Shown here: positions 13,901 to 27,289 of the stretch, piece after piece
How the letters are laid out: each line of letters begins with the position of its first letter
Position numbering within the stretch: the stretch's first letter is position 1
Assembly: GCF_009914755.1 (NCBI RefSeq)
Contig: NC_060928.1
DNA: 64,000 nt
Source of the DNA: the human T2T-CHM13v2.0 reference genome, Homo sapiens
Reading direction: 5' to 3' (one strand)
Program-made: the position numbers and the translations under genes
Notes under the pieces: model-generated
What the model saw: the letters and a program-made list of their open reading frames with translations, nothing else
Told to the model about the DNA's origin: nothing
The model's database searches: none

Positions 13901-14263
13901 TTATCTTAGTCTATTTGGTCTACTGTGGCAAATTATTATAGATGGGGTGGCTTAAACAACAAATTATTTCTCACACTTCTGAAGGCTGAAAGTCTGAGAT
14001 GGGGGTGCCTGCATTGTGGAGTTCTTGGTGAAGGCTTTCCTCCTGGTTGTGCTGTTATGTAGCCTTTCCTTGGTGCGTACAGAGAAATATCTCCTCTTCC
14101 TTTTTTAAAATCAGAGCATTAATCCCTTCATGAGTGCTCTACCCTCCTGAGCTTATCTAACCCTAATTACCTTCCAAAGACTACACCTCCAAATGCCATC
14201 ACATTACGGATTATGGTTCCAATATATCAGTTTTGGAGGAACACAAATATTCAGTCCCTAACA
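13901..14263 (-). mobile_element. MLT1A/MLT1A0-like solo LTR
   Basis: tcttagtctatttgg...ggcttaaacaacaaattatttctcacacttctgaaggctg...attcagtccctaaca. Confidence 0.8.
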
Positions 14264-14280
14264 ACAATAAATACAGCATC

Positions 14281-14677
14281 TGTCTTAGTCTATATTGTGC
14301 TGCTAAAACAGAATACCTGTGACTGAGTAATTTATCACTTAAAAAAATTATTTCCTACGGTTATGGAGGCTGGGAAGTCCAAGACTGAGGGGACCACATT
14401 TGGTGAGGGACTTCATGCTGTGTCATCACATGGATGGCAGAAGATGGAAAGGAAAAAGAAGATGAGAGGGAGAGAGAAAGGGGGGCTTAATTTGCTTGTA
14501 TAACAAACCCACTCTCACATAAAATAACCCATTCCCTCGCTGAGCACATTAATTCACTCATGAAGGCAGGGTCCTCATGACCTAATCACCTCTCAGAGGT
14601 ACCACCTCTCAACACTGTTTCACTGGGGATTAAGTTTTCAACATACAAACTCAAGGGAACATGTACCAACCATAGCA
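14281..14677 (-). mobile_element. MSTB1/MSTD-like solo LTR directly adjacent to the previous LTR
   Basis: tgtcttagtctatattgtgctgctaaaacagaatacctgtgactg...ctcatgacctaatcacctc...accatagca. Confidence 0.8.
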
Positions 14678-15194
14678 GTATCCAAATTATTATAATAAAA
14701 TTCACATCGTTATGCTGATAACCCCCAATAACTGCTATGTGTTTCCTCATATTAAAAATGATTAATTTATGATAGTATCAGAATACCTCATTATAACTCA
14801 AATTCAATATAAAATTAAGTTTTGTTATGTTAATCTCCCAGATTAGCTTTTACCTCCTCTGAATTGTCTATAAAGAACCAATTAAGATAATCAAAACTAA
14901 GTTTAGTGGGAACATTACATTTAAATGAACGATAGTTGGATTTCATCTGTAAACTCAAAATGGTCCTCCATTAAAAACATATCTAGACCATAATGTAGAT
15001 AGCCCTATAACAATTTTACATAATTTAAAGCTACTCTTGTGATCATTTAATCCATTACTGATAGTACCAACAAAAACCAGCCAAATACAGAGTCCCCCAC
15101 CTCCAACAACCTCAGGGCTCCAGGTTATTTCTTCCCAAAACACAGATGAGAGGTCATGATTTTACAGTCCCTGCTATTTCTCTGAAATTTTTAA

Positions 15195-15370
15195 TAATAA
15201 CATTTAATATTTCTTGGGCTCTTGCTATATATGCTAAGCCCTTTCCACATATTATTTGTAATAGACTTGGTAGCCATAATCCAGGAAGAGATGTCGTTAT
15301 TATCCCCTATTTATAGATGTGGTTTAGAGGAATAAAGTCAATTGCCTAAGAGCAAACACATGAATCTCTA
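15195..15370 (-). mobile_element. MIR
   Basis: ttattatcccctatttatagatg..ggtttagagg...ttgcctaag. Confidence 0.65.
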
Positions 15371-16940
15371 ACATGGGCCTTAACAGCTACAGCACAGAGC
15401 ATGTTAGTATGGAGCTTATGTATGATGAGAGTTTAATAAGAATTTCAATATTAACTAAGATTCTTTTATTTTCAAAGACTTAGAATACTCAGATTTATGG
15501 GTTTACACAATTACATATAATTTTGTGGTATATTAAGTAATACAAATAGACTAACATAAGGTCTATATAGAGTAAAGAATGAATAAGTGAGTGAATGCAT
15601 GGATGGTGAAATCATATTCAGTAGCAGTTCCTATTTTTCTGAATGAAGATAAGTTAGAGGATTCAAAATACAGTAAGCCTTAAAGAAAAATGCGGAGACA
15701 AAAAGCTCTTTAAAATTTAAAGAAACATAACTCTTTGCTATATAAACTAATCAATCACTAGATATTTCACAAGTAAACTTGTAATATTTAGACATCAGCA
15801 TTTGATTAATCTAGCTTGTAATTTGTGTTAATATAACTTCTCCGAAAAGAAAATTCTTCCCTGTACAATTAAAGTTGTTATTCCTTTAATTAAGCTTTAT
15901 ACTGAAATTGGTGAAAGTAAAAGAGAAAGCTTAATATGGATAACTGAGTTTTTCAATATGTATATAAGTCATTATAGATGGAAAATATACAGTTAAAATA
16001 ATTTGTTCAAACGTTTTCTTTCAAATGTAGATATGATGTCCTGAACAAAAGTGGTTTTATTTCATCAGTAAATAAAGCATTATATAAGCTTTTTGTTTGT
16101 CTGTGTAGGAAAATCTCTCGTGTTTTTCTAAATATAATTTTTAAAAACTTTATAGCAACTCACAGACTTCTCTATGAAAACTGATTCTTTAAACATTTTT
16201 GGAGAAATACTACCTGATTTTCTTTAGGTAAAATAATTGATTAAAAAATTAAATTCACTACATTACACCTAGGAGTATGGCTAAACACTGGTGTAATTTA
16301 TACCCCATTTAAGTGTAAGAAGATAAATGAAGTTCAGTGAAATATCTTTGGTTAACTGCCTTTGCCTCAGTTAAAGGGAACTTTTCGTAAAAGTGTAAAA
16401 TAAAGCCAGAAAAAGCACATGGTTTAAGGGCAGGGGTGGGTAGTAACAGAGCAATCTGTCAGCCCGCAAAGATGTGTATTCCCTCCGCGGCACGGCTTTG
16501 GTGGAGGTGCGTGGTGGCACTGAAGTGGTGTTAGTTCCAAATCAAACCCATGTGTGCAGGCACTGATTGTTTGACTTTTCCGAACTGTTAACAGTCACTT
16601 TTTATATTGCTTATAAAAATGGTATTTAACATATTTATTCTACCAGTCATTCTCAAGGTTGACTGACAAAGATTGTAGAAAATTTATTTACCTTAAATCT
16701 ATATTTCCTAACTCAGGATGTGGTCAGAATTTTAAAGATGCTATAGAGCTTGCAAACAGGCGTCTTATTATTCCTTAGGGCCTACTTGTGGGAAATATGT
16801 CTAAATTCTAAAACGAAATGGCACATTTATAAATCACTAAGCAGCATTGTGGGAGCTTGCGATTTTTTCCTTTTGAAAAGAGTCAAGTTTACTTGCAAGA
16901 CAAGAAGGTGAGTATATCTTCATTATTCCCATGGCAATCA

Positions 16941-17185
16941 AAGTGTGGTGGCTGAGAGCTCCAACTCTGATCCAGCCGGGGTTCATGTACCACTCTGCTG
17001 ATGACTGAGGGTGTTAACTTAGGGAGGCCTCTTCAATTCTCAGTGCCTCAGTTTCCTCACCTGTAGTACCAATTTAAATAATGTTTATCTGAAAGGGCTT
17101 GTCGTGAAGACTGATTTCATACATATAAAGTGTTTTGACTGGAACCTAACATATATTAAACACTATATAAGTTTAAGTTGTTGTT
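16941..17185 (+). mobile_element. MIR (MIRb-like)
   Basis: cagtgcctcagtttcctcacctgta core. Confidence 0.8.
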
Positions 17186-17339
17186 AAGCAAACTGGCATC
17201 TCTCCTCATTTTTTAATGCCTTCTGACAGGGACAGACAGAAAAGAAGTGAATATTCTACCATGGGAGCTGTATGTGTAAGAATGCAGTCTTCAGGATAAT
17301 ATCATGAGGAATTGCAATACTTACCTCTGCTTTACAGGT

Positions 17340-17562
17340 GAAGAGCTTGCCTGGGTTTGAATCATAGTTTGCCACTTAAAAGCAGTAACATCTTGAGAAA
17401 GTTACTTTACCACTTTGTATCTCAGTTTCCTCATTGGTAAAGTAAGAATAATACCTGCTTCTCAAGATCATTGCAAGAATTAAATGGATTAACACCTATA
17501 AGGAGTGTGGGATATTATCTGACAGATGCAGAGTAAATATTCTATAAATGTTAGCTGTTTTT
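17340..17562 (+). mobile_element. MIR
   Basis: ctgggtttgaatc...tctcagtttcctcattggtaaa...ataaatgttagctg. Confidence 0.8.
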
Positions 17563-18154
17563 ATTCAGACAAAGAGAATGAAAGAGATGATTTGGATGGC
17601 ACTAAGTAGGAAGGAGTAGAAGGAAGGAATTAGTAATAGGATAAAATAATCAACAATAAGCAGAAAGGCACAGGATTTTACATAATGGCAGAAAGTAGGA
17701 TGAGATTAAGTGACAGTGGTCAGGAGCTTCAATTATAAAAATATTAATTATTAATAGTCTTAATATTGACTGGCAAACTTGTAAGATTTTATTTTTTTCT
17801 TGAACATATCTCTAGATTTAAACTCTTAATAAAGCTTAGGTTATTCTCTTAACTTTTCCAAAATTAATTTTTAACCATGGTTTATATTTTTGTCACCACA
17901 TACTCATATGGCTACAGATTATTTCTAAGATGTCGTAAATCCTTTGGTATCTTAGAGATCTCTAATACTTGAAAGAAGAGAAAAGATTTGAGGTACATAG
18001 TAAGACTGAAGTATGTAAGAAAGTGAAACAGATTAGTCTGCTCTTTAACAGCATAAGCCACAGAATAATAATGTTCTCTCGGTGCTGTTACTGAGATATG
18101 AAAGGGCTACTCAAACATAGTTCAAATATGAATTAAAGTCCTACCTAGCTCCAT

Positions 18155-18179
18155 CACACACACACACACACACACACAC
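18155..18179. repeat. (CA)12 microsatellite
   Basis: Directly visible. Confidence 0.95.
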
Positions 18180-18504
18180 TCGCACAAATGAATGCCTTCC
18201 TATTTAGAGATTAATCAAATCAAGTAATCAAATCAACCATATTGTATGTTTTAGTTTTAGAAATATACTGAAATTTTGAAAGGTGGGGAAAAAAGTGAAT
18301 GAGAATTACTCAACATGACAATTTACAACAAATTATCTATGAAGAGAAATGATATTATCAGGTGACCACAGGTAAAGTGTCTCCTAAAATATTTTATTAC
18401 AGCCCCCAAACCACCACCTGGTATTTATGGAAGCAATATCTCTTTCAGAATTATTTTAAAGTTAATTATAATCACATAATCAAGTAATTAACTACTTCAT
18501 TTAG

Positions 18505-18672
18505 ATCATTGCTATTCAAAGTATGGTTGCTAGATCAGTATTATTGACATCACATAGAAGCTTGTTAAAATCTGGAATCTCAGGCTCCACCCTAGACTTA
18601 CTGAATCAGAATTTACAGTCTGATTAAATCCACAGGTGATTTTTATGCACACTTAAGTATGAGGGCACTAAT
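18505..18672. mobile_element. MER5A-like hAT-Charlie MITE
   Basis: gaatctcaggctccaccctagacttactgaatcagaat...caggtgatttttatgcacac. Confidence 0.85.
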
Positions 18673-18673
18673 A

Positions 18674-19150
<477 letters not shown>

Positions 19151-20132
19151 AGATCGGGAACACCGAGCAACACTTAGTGCATAAATATGAATACACATGG
19201 TTCAAGGTGAGTTCCCATGAGTCAATGATCAAAGCAGATAAAGACAGAATTTGGAGATATTTAAGCATTCTAGGGAGAGAGAACATGTAATTACTTTGGT
19301 CTGAAATAAGAAAAAAATTGAACAAGATACTATAAGATTCAAAGGAAATGAATATCACAAAGCTAAAAATGGTTGGTCAAAAACAAACAAAAAAAATATT
19401 CAGGAACCAAAATATGAGACATACATTCTCTAATTAATTTTCAGTCTCGACACAGCATTTTAATTAGTTTATTGTGAATGCATATTTGCTTGTCTTCTAG
19501 TTCCTGCATGTAGAATGATCAGTTCTAGCTGTAATCATCTTGGAATTCATAGATATAGACATAGAAGTAATTGTATCCATTTGGAACAGAGACAGGCAGG
19601 ACAGAAACACCAAGCAAACTTGCTTCATGTCTTCCCTCATTTTATTAACTGGCTGTAACATGGATGTTTTGCCTTCTGAGGTTGTTAAAGGGCACTATGA
19701 TGTTCATCACTGTAATACTACACATTACATATACATGTTAAATAATGTATCAATGGTGAAAATGAATGTTTTAGATAAATATTGCCCATTTGGCTAGATA
19801 GATGTAATTTTATGAATTTCAGAAAGCTTAGGTAATGACTTGCAGATGTGTGCAAGGAGAGAAATGGCTTCAGTATTACTCTTATCATTGATCCCTTTAC
19901 TGAAACCTTTTCTAAATTTGCACTTAGTCACATATTTCCAAAGTGATAATTAAAAGTAAATAAAAATGAACTGTTACATAACCCAATGCAAGCTGAAGTA
20001 TCTGCATTGTTTATAAATGAATTCCTAGCAAAGTGACAGGTGATTAACACTTCATAGGCTTTTCTTTAAAAAATCAAATTTCCTTTTATGTTTTGTTCTT
20101 ATGCCAATGAAAATTTACAGTGGAGCTCAGTG

Positions 20133-20430
20133 GGCTGGGCGCGGTGGCTTAAGCCTGTAATCTCAACACTTTGGGAGGCCATGGCAGGCGGATCTCCTGA
20201 GGTTGGGAGTTCGAGACCACCTTGACCAAAATGGAGAGACTCCGGTCTCCACTAAAAATACAAAAATTAGCCGGGTGTGGTGGTGCAGGCCTGTAATCCC
20301 AGCTACTTGAGAGGCTGAGGCAAGAGAATCGCTTGCACCCAGGAGTCAGAGGTTGCGGTGAGCCGAGATCACACCATTGCACTCCAGCCTGGGCAACAAG
20401 AGTGAAACTCCGTCTCAAAAACAACAAAAA
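20133..20430 (+). mobile_element. AluSp-like; diverged TSD (acagtggagctcagtg / gcaatggagcttagtg)
   Basis: ctgaggttgggagttcgag, atggagagactcc and ggcaacaagagtgaaactcc are Sp/Sq-type positions. Confidence 0.95.
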
Positions 20431-21169
20431 GCAATGGAGCTTAGTGTATTCATGGGGACGACATATATAAAGAAAGAAAGATTAGGAGTGGTGAGAAGCT
20501 TTCTTTTGTAAATGAAAGCCTGTGATATTTATAAAATAATTTATTTTAAAAAAAAAATGTTTGGATGCTGCTCAATTTGTTTTTGTCTAAGATATAATGT
20601 GATAGACCTTTCTAATAATTTCCATTTGAGGTAAAAACCATTAATACAGGTCAACATTGTGTCTGATATAGCCTCAGGGACAAGTCTGGTGAGGTTAGGA
20701 TTATAACACATCTAAATATTAAAGAAAATCTTGAAATATTAAAGATTTCTTAGGTAATTCATTCTGAATGAGTTACTGAAAAATATCTCTTTTTTTTTGT
20801 TCTGGAAGCTGGTTTAATACTTACTGGTAAGTTAAAGTTAACATTTCTATAAAGCTCAGAAAACTTTTAAATTTATCTTTTCAAATTATTTTAATAATTA
20901 CTATATTAGCAGAAATAAGAATGTTTGTAAATTACTTATGTAGTGTTTGAAATCCTTAGTAAAATTCCTAAAAATCTTCAGCAAAATTCCCATAAGCAAT
21001 TATAGTTAGACTTCCCTTTGGAAATTTAATCCTCTGTGATCATTTTACAGAATAGAGAATTTCTAATTTTTAGGTCCTACTTAATCATAAATGTCTAATT
21101 TGGGAAAGTATATGTGCTTGTAAAAAAGTAAGATATAATTTCTCATTTTTAAATTCTTCTCCACAATCA

Positions 21170-21383
21170 AACCCATAGTCTCTCTGCCTCATTTGGGATG
21201 AGAATAAAACCCTTTCCTCCTTGCTTTCCCGTTCTCTCCTTCCTTCCTCTTATACGTTAAAGCTTTCAGTGAAATTTACTTTAAAATTCACTATGCTTTT
21301 AGAGCTTTTCCTGTAGCATGTTTATACCAAGATATTTCTCCTTTTTTATTTTAACTCACAACATCAGCTTTTTCTTTCTCCTT
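21170..21383 (+). repeat. Dispersed direct duplication, copy 1 (pairs with 23563-23775)
   Basis: Manual alignment gives about 13 substitutions and 1 indel over about 214 bp. Confidence 0.95.
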
Positions 21384-22280
21384 TGACGGCAAGCCACAAA
21401 TGAAATTAGGATGGGGAGGTTATCCTTTAAAGTAAGATTGGAATTTCATAGTCTGTTCATTTGGTCATACAACTAACACCTCTGAGACTTTTTGGTTACC
21501 TTCAGAAGAATAATTTGGATCTTGAATATAAATGTTCTGACCACCTAAGTAAACAGTGTAATTGCCGTGGGTTGTATAACACTCTGCTTTTCTAATGAAA
21601 CACGTCTTAATTTATATCAGAACCTGGATGGCTAGTTGCCCTCACTTGTTCAATAAACTTTTTAACTTGAGTAATTCTGTAGATGTAAGAGTAGATTCAA
21701 TAGAAAACAAACAAAATAAAAGCAAAACAATAACAAGATTGATAATAGAGAAATATAACCAAAGTCCTAGAAAAAAATAAAAAGAATATAAGCAATATCA
21801 TAAGCAAAGATGACTTAGTTAAAACCAACTAACCAAGCAACAAATAAAGAGGATTTCATGTGAGTTAATAGAATGGGAAAATAGAGGAAAAATTGAGTTG
21901 ATGAGATAAGGATATTGAATTACGTGAATGGGAAGGTAATTATTAGATAAAATAGCAAAAGGAAATCTACAATATATGCTGTTCCAAAAGGAGATATTGG
22001 AATTTATCTCAGTGTGGTTTTTGTCTTGAATCTGACTCCCTATTCATCAAAAACTATATCCCTTCATTTAAATGATAAATCAATTATTTTAATACTTTTT
22101 GATACAAGTGTTTGTTAATTATTTATAAATTTCTCAAAAGGTATTCCCCTTGAGCAAATTATTTCTCATGGGAAAATTCTAATAATATACTAACCACTAT
22201 GCTGTGTTGTTCAAAAGCATCATGCCATTGTTCTAAAGGAAATAGCCTTCTTTTTTTCATATTTTTAATTTGGAGATTTT

Positions 22281-24425
22281 TGAGGTCTTAAAACAGGGTT
22301 CCAAAATTTTTGACACTCGTCCTATTCAAGAGCAGAGATAAACTATTCCTGCTAAGCCCTGTGCAAATTGCAGATTTGTGAGCAAAATGAAAGGTTGTTA
22401 TTGCTTTAAGTCACAAATTTTTAAGATGGCTCACAATAGATAATTGACACAGATTGTGTTACCCGAAAGATAAGTGATTCCATAACAAAAATTAATATGT
22501 ATTATTGGTTTGGGGCTGGGCAGCAGGTGAAAACTAGAAGGGCCTTGAAGAGAGTATTAATGAAAAAGCCCAAAAAGCAATGAGAAAGCTGTTAGTGAGG
22601 GTTTCAAGGAAAGTGAGGGAAATGTTATTGGGAGCAGGAGGAAAGGGGACTCTTACTATGTAGTGGTGGAAATGTTGGCAATATGTCTCCTGTAAATGTG
22701 AAAAACAGGAAATGAATTTAATGAACTTAATGATCTAGGAGAATACTGAAAATCCGACATAACAGCTTCTTGCCAGCTATGATAAAATGCAAGAGGATAG
22801 AGGGTACAAGGTGAGGGAATGCAATGTTAAGTCTAAAGGAGCCAGAACTTGCTAAACTTAAAAAAAAAAAAAAAACTCTTTCTTCTTCCAAATCTTTCCA
22901 TACGACGAAAAATTCTTAAAATAATAAATACTCTAATGCCTAAAATCTAATTCTGGGTGAGATTATAAGATTTCTTGTTGATATTTAAGAAAGAACTGAG
23001 GTGATAATACAGAAACCCTTTCAGTCAAACAGGAAGTCCTGTACGAATCAAGAAGGCATGTCTTACAAATCTCCTTAATTAAACAGTGGGGTTTTTGAAA
23101 GTCTTAAAGCAAGTTATGTCACAGAAGCTTCACAGGGAACCTAGATAGAGAAGGACTTACCTTTATGATGTATGGTTGTGACTTCTGTGTAAAAGATAAC
23201 CCTAAGTATATTCATGGAGAACCCACACAATTTTTAAGAGAATTATTTTGGTCAAAATAGCTCCAGCTTAGACAAAAATGGAAAAAAAGACTTTGGGATA
23301 TCTAAGCTTTCTTGGGCAGGAAACTGGCTGTCAAGGATACAGAGGGCAGATCCATGAGCCATGAGCATGGAAACAAGAACCACAGAGAATAATGCCCTGA
23401 GAGCAGCAGTGAGGCCTGATTATCAAAGGCCTAAGTCATCAAAATGGACCCAGTGGATTTCACAATGGACATGTACCAGTGACTGCTGTGTACCTCCTGT
23501 TATTCCCTTTTAATGAGAATGTTTATGGAAATTATCTTATGCCTGTTCCCCTGTTCTATTCTAACCCATAATCTCTCTGCCTCATTTGGGATAAGAATAA
23601 AACCCTTTCCACCCTGCTTTCCCATTCTCTCCTTCCTTCCTCTTATACTTTAAAACTTTCAGTGAAATTTACTTTAAAATTCACTATGCTTTTAGAGCTT
23701 TTCCTCTAGCATGTTTATACCAAGATATTTCTCCTTTTTTGTTTAAACTCACAAAATCAGCCATTTTTTCTCCTTCATAGGTGTTGGGGAGAAGATAACT
23801 TGTTTCTTTAGTTCCCAGATCTTTAGATTAGGAGAACCATACTCAACGGGCTGTCCCGTAGGAGCCAAATTCCAAGAGCTTCACCTGCACATGGATCTGA
23901 TTTAGGTGATGAAACCCTGGACTTTGAACTTGAAACCAATTTCATAATGAGATAGGATGTTTTAGGAGTTTGAAAAAGGGTAAATGTATTTTACATGTGA
24001 AGAGAATGTAAATAACTTGTGGCAAGATGTCATACCGTGGCAGTTTAAGAATATGAGCCCCGAATGCTTTGCCATTCCTCCCATTGAATACTAGGGTTTA
24101 TGTTCTTCCCCATAAACCCAGGTTCTGTGACAGGTTGACCAGCAGTATATGGCTAAAATGATTCTGTGCCATTTTCTGGGGCCAGGGCTTAAAAAGTGGA
24201 GGCTTCCACTTCCTGTGTCTTGTGGTATTGCTTCTGGGAACGAACCACCATAGTGTGAGTAGAGAAAATGGAGGCACCCCATGGAGAGACCCATGAAAGA
24301 GAAAAACCAAGCCCTCAGCCATTAGTCAACACTATTTTGGAAGCCTTGTGAGACAGCCACCTAGCACGTAAATCCTCCAGTCTGTTGTATGTAACTAAGC
24401 TTTGCTGCAATCGATAACTGATACA
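22281..24425 (+). mobile_element. MLT1G/H-type MaLR provirus: internally deleted 5' LTR (about 22281-22451), internal region, 3' LTR (about 24036-24425)
   Basis: LTR end aaattgcagatttgtgagcaaaat...aatagataattgacaca; MaLR-int phrases (aatgttattggg..gaggaaaggggac, gaccagtgactgctgtgtacctcc); second LTR start gtggcagtttaagaatatg...ctttgccattcctcccattg. Confidence 0.8.
23563..23775 (+). repeat. Dispersed direct duplication, copy 2, interrupting the MaLR internal region
   Basis: Matches 21170-21383 at an offset of 2393 bp. Confidence 0.95.
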
Positions 24426-24449
24426 TATTTACTGTTGCACACCAAAATG

Positions 24450-24612
24450 ATCCTGCACAAATTATTTGCCTCTCAAAGAGTTTTCTCAGCTGTAACATAG
24501 AGATAATCATGGTTTCTACCTGATAGTAAGGATCAAATGAGGGAGAGATTTGAAATGTCTAGCAAAGTGTTTAGGACATATTAAACTTTGAATAAGTGCT
24601 ATCTATAATGAT
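24450..24612 (+). mobile_element. MIR
   Basis: agttttctcagctgtaacatagagataat...aataagtgctatcta. Confidence 0.65.
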
Positions 24613-26864
24613 GTTCAAGGTGATTTAATTTTTGTTATTTTTTAAATAAATATGAGGAACTATCCTTATTTCGATTTCTCAAAATATTAGATTCTGTTTT
24701 AAAGGAAAGCTTGAAGTCACCTGGAGAGACCTTGGGCTCCTGTAACCACATGACTCCAGTGCATGTATATTTTCAAGTAAAAATGAAAATAAATTTGAGT
24801 CCTTATGTTGTTTTATACATTTTTGCCATGTGAGATTTAGCCGCATGCATTTTACTTTTTATATTTTCATGTATAGTTTCTGGGTTTTCCTGTTTGGAAA
24901 TATTAGACCTTATTTTTCCCACTATTTCTATTCTTATTCTCCTTCATTCCTATTCAGGCATCTGTGTTAGGCAGATAACTCTCCATATGTACTGGGTACA
25001 AATTGCTCTTCATCAGGAAGTGCCACTTCACAAATTTAGAAAGAGAGGCATAGAGTCATTACAAAGGCTATTAAATAAAATAAAGTAGCTTGTTCAGAAA
25101 CAAATAGATATTAACATCATCCTGTAACTAGACAACTTAAATAGCATATGGGATATATATTTTATCCTTACATGGCATCCTTGTTCTAATTCAATCACTC
25201 CTGTCAAATATACATTTAAAAACAAATTAGATGACAGCCATTAAAATTAGCATGCACCCACACACAAACACACCAGTTATTAAAGACCCTAATCGAACCA
25301 CGTATTTTTAGATTTGGACTTCTCAGAAACTTGGGCAGTCTGAGTACATCAACAAAGTGTTTTCCTTAGAAACAGCATATGTAGGTTTGAATGAGAAGTT
25401 AGCAAATGCCATCTTTATCCAGTGACTTGATTTGTAATTATTAGAGTTCTTACATATTATAAAACCTGGAAAGTTATTTTTAAAACATTGTGGAGAGAAA
25501 AATCTTTATTTTTTTTCCTTTAGGCAACAGAGGTCATGAAACATTTGATGAAATACATGGAAATCATACACAATACATGATTTTTCCCTGAATCAAATTG
25601 ATTAACTGTGAAGATTTTTATAAACGATTCAGAAAGAAAAAATTACTTTACTTTTGCTAACATAATTTTTTTTCATCTCTATGGCCACACAACCATTTCA
25701 AAGAAAAGTCTCAACTCAGATTTACCTTTGCCAAATGAAGAGCAACAAAGTCTGTGTCAGCGTAGCCCAGGCTCAACTGGGTCTGCCCTTTTCATCAGGA
25801 GCATCATCTGCTTGCTGCGTTAGTCTGCTGGTCATGCTCCTATGAACATGGGGAATGGGAGGGGGTAGACTTCATCAAGTATTGTCCAGAAATCTTTCTG
25901 TATTGATGCCTAATACATGCTGAAACTACAGTAAATACCTCGAAGGTAAAAAGGTCCTACTTTTGATTTCCATGACTTTTTTATTTTTGTACAATTAAGA
26001 GGAAAATACATTAATAAGGTACTTGGGATCTTTTTCTGGAATTCAAGTTAGCTTTGCTTGTATGCTCTGCTAAGTTAAAATGTGAATGGATTAAAATAGC
26101 TTGTGTCATCATGCTAAGTAATAGGAATAAAGTAAGTTCTTAACAAGCAATGACAATGAGATTAGTAGCCCTGACCAGGGTTCACAAATAGGTTAGCATC
26201 ACTGTATTTAAACTGGTAATGAAAATTTTGTTCAGAGTTAAATGAGCTCTGTTTAAGGATCACTGTGAGGTTAACTCTACAAGAAAAATATTATTTAATC
26301 TGTATTCTTTACAATTTCTGACCCCTAAGATAGAAGCTTCGTCCATTCCTTGAGATGCTTTAAAGATATATAGCAATGATTTTTACTCATTTGGTAGCCC
26401 TCACAACACTTATAACACCCATGAAAAAAAAATGCTTTATGAGAAGGAAAAAGCGAAATGCTCATAACTTATGAACGTTCATTAAGATAAGACAAAAAAT
26501 GTAAAGTCAAGATCAGAATATAAGTTACTGATATGGTAGCCCAACACATCAGCCACCTTATCAGCCTTGTTTCTATATTATTATAGAGGTCCTACCAATT
26601 ACAAAACAGTTGTCCACCGCTATTATTAACTCAGTCTGTAAAATTTCTTTTCCTCTAGAAATAATATATCCAACAATAATAAATAAAGTAACAATATGGC
26701 TGGTATTAACTATTAGAATTTCATGTATTATAGGATGATTATAGAAATAAATATGGAAACTTTGTCAGCTATAATGAGATCTTACTGATATTTAATGTAA
26801 CCTTACCTTTTAAGTGGTATACAAGGAGGCCTTATATATGAATAATTCATATATCCAACAAAAA

Positions 26865-27110
26865 TTATACAATTTAATGTTTATAACACTTCCTATATGC
26901 CAGACATTGTGCTTAATGCTTCACAAAGAAGATTGCTAGTTCCTAACTACAATTACTTCTACAATTATTCCCATTTTGCAGATGTAGAAATTAATTATGG
27001 CTTAGAAGGATTAATTACATTCTATTAGATCACAGAGCTGGTAGTAGAAAATCAAGATTCACACCAGTGCTCATTTTATTATCAAGTACAATCTCTTACC
27101 ATTATACTTT
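26865..27110 (-). mobile_element. MIR
   Basis: ctatatgccagacattgtgct...ttattcccattttgcagatg...gatcacagagctggt. Confidence 0.8.
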
Positions 27111-27289
27111 GCTAGAGTGTGAAATCCTGGAGAACTAACTTATATGTTTATATATTCCTTGCATATAACATAATGCATAATTATTTTGTGCTCAAAAGTG
27201 CACCAATGTTTATTATTTATATATGGGGAAAAACTATATCATGGTATGTTATTATCTGTCTATTGTAAATAGATAATAAATTGTATGCT

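Noticed and set aside
25790-25846. Imperfect hairpin ttcatcaggagcat...atgctcctatgaa
   Set aside because: Only 13 bp of interrupted stem with a poorly paired interior; expected by chance in 64 kb.
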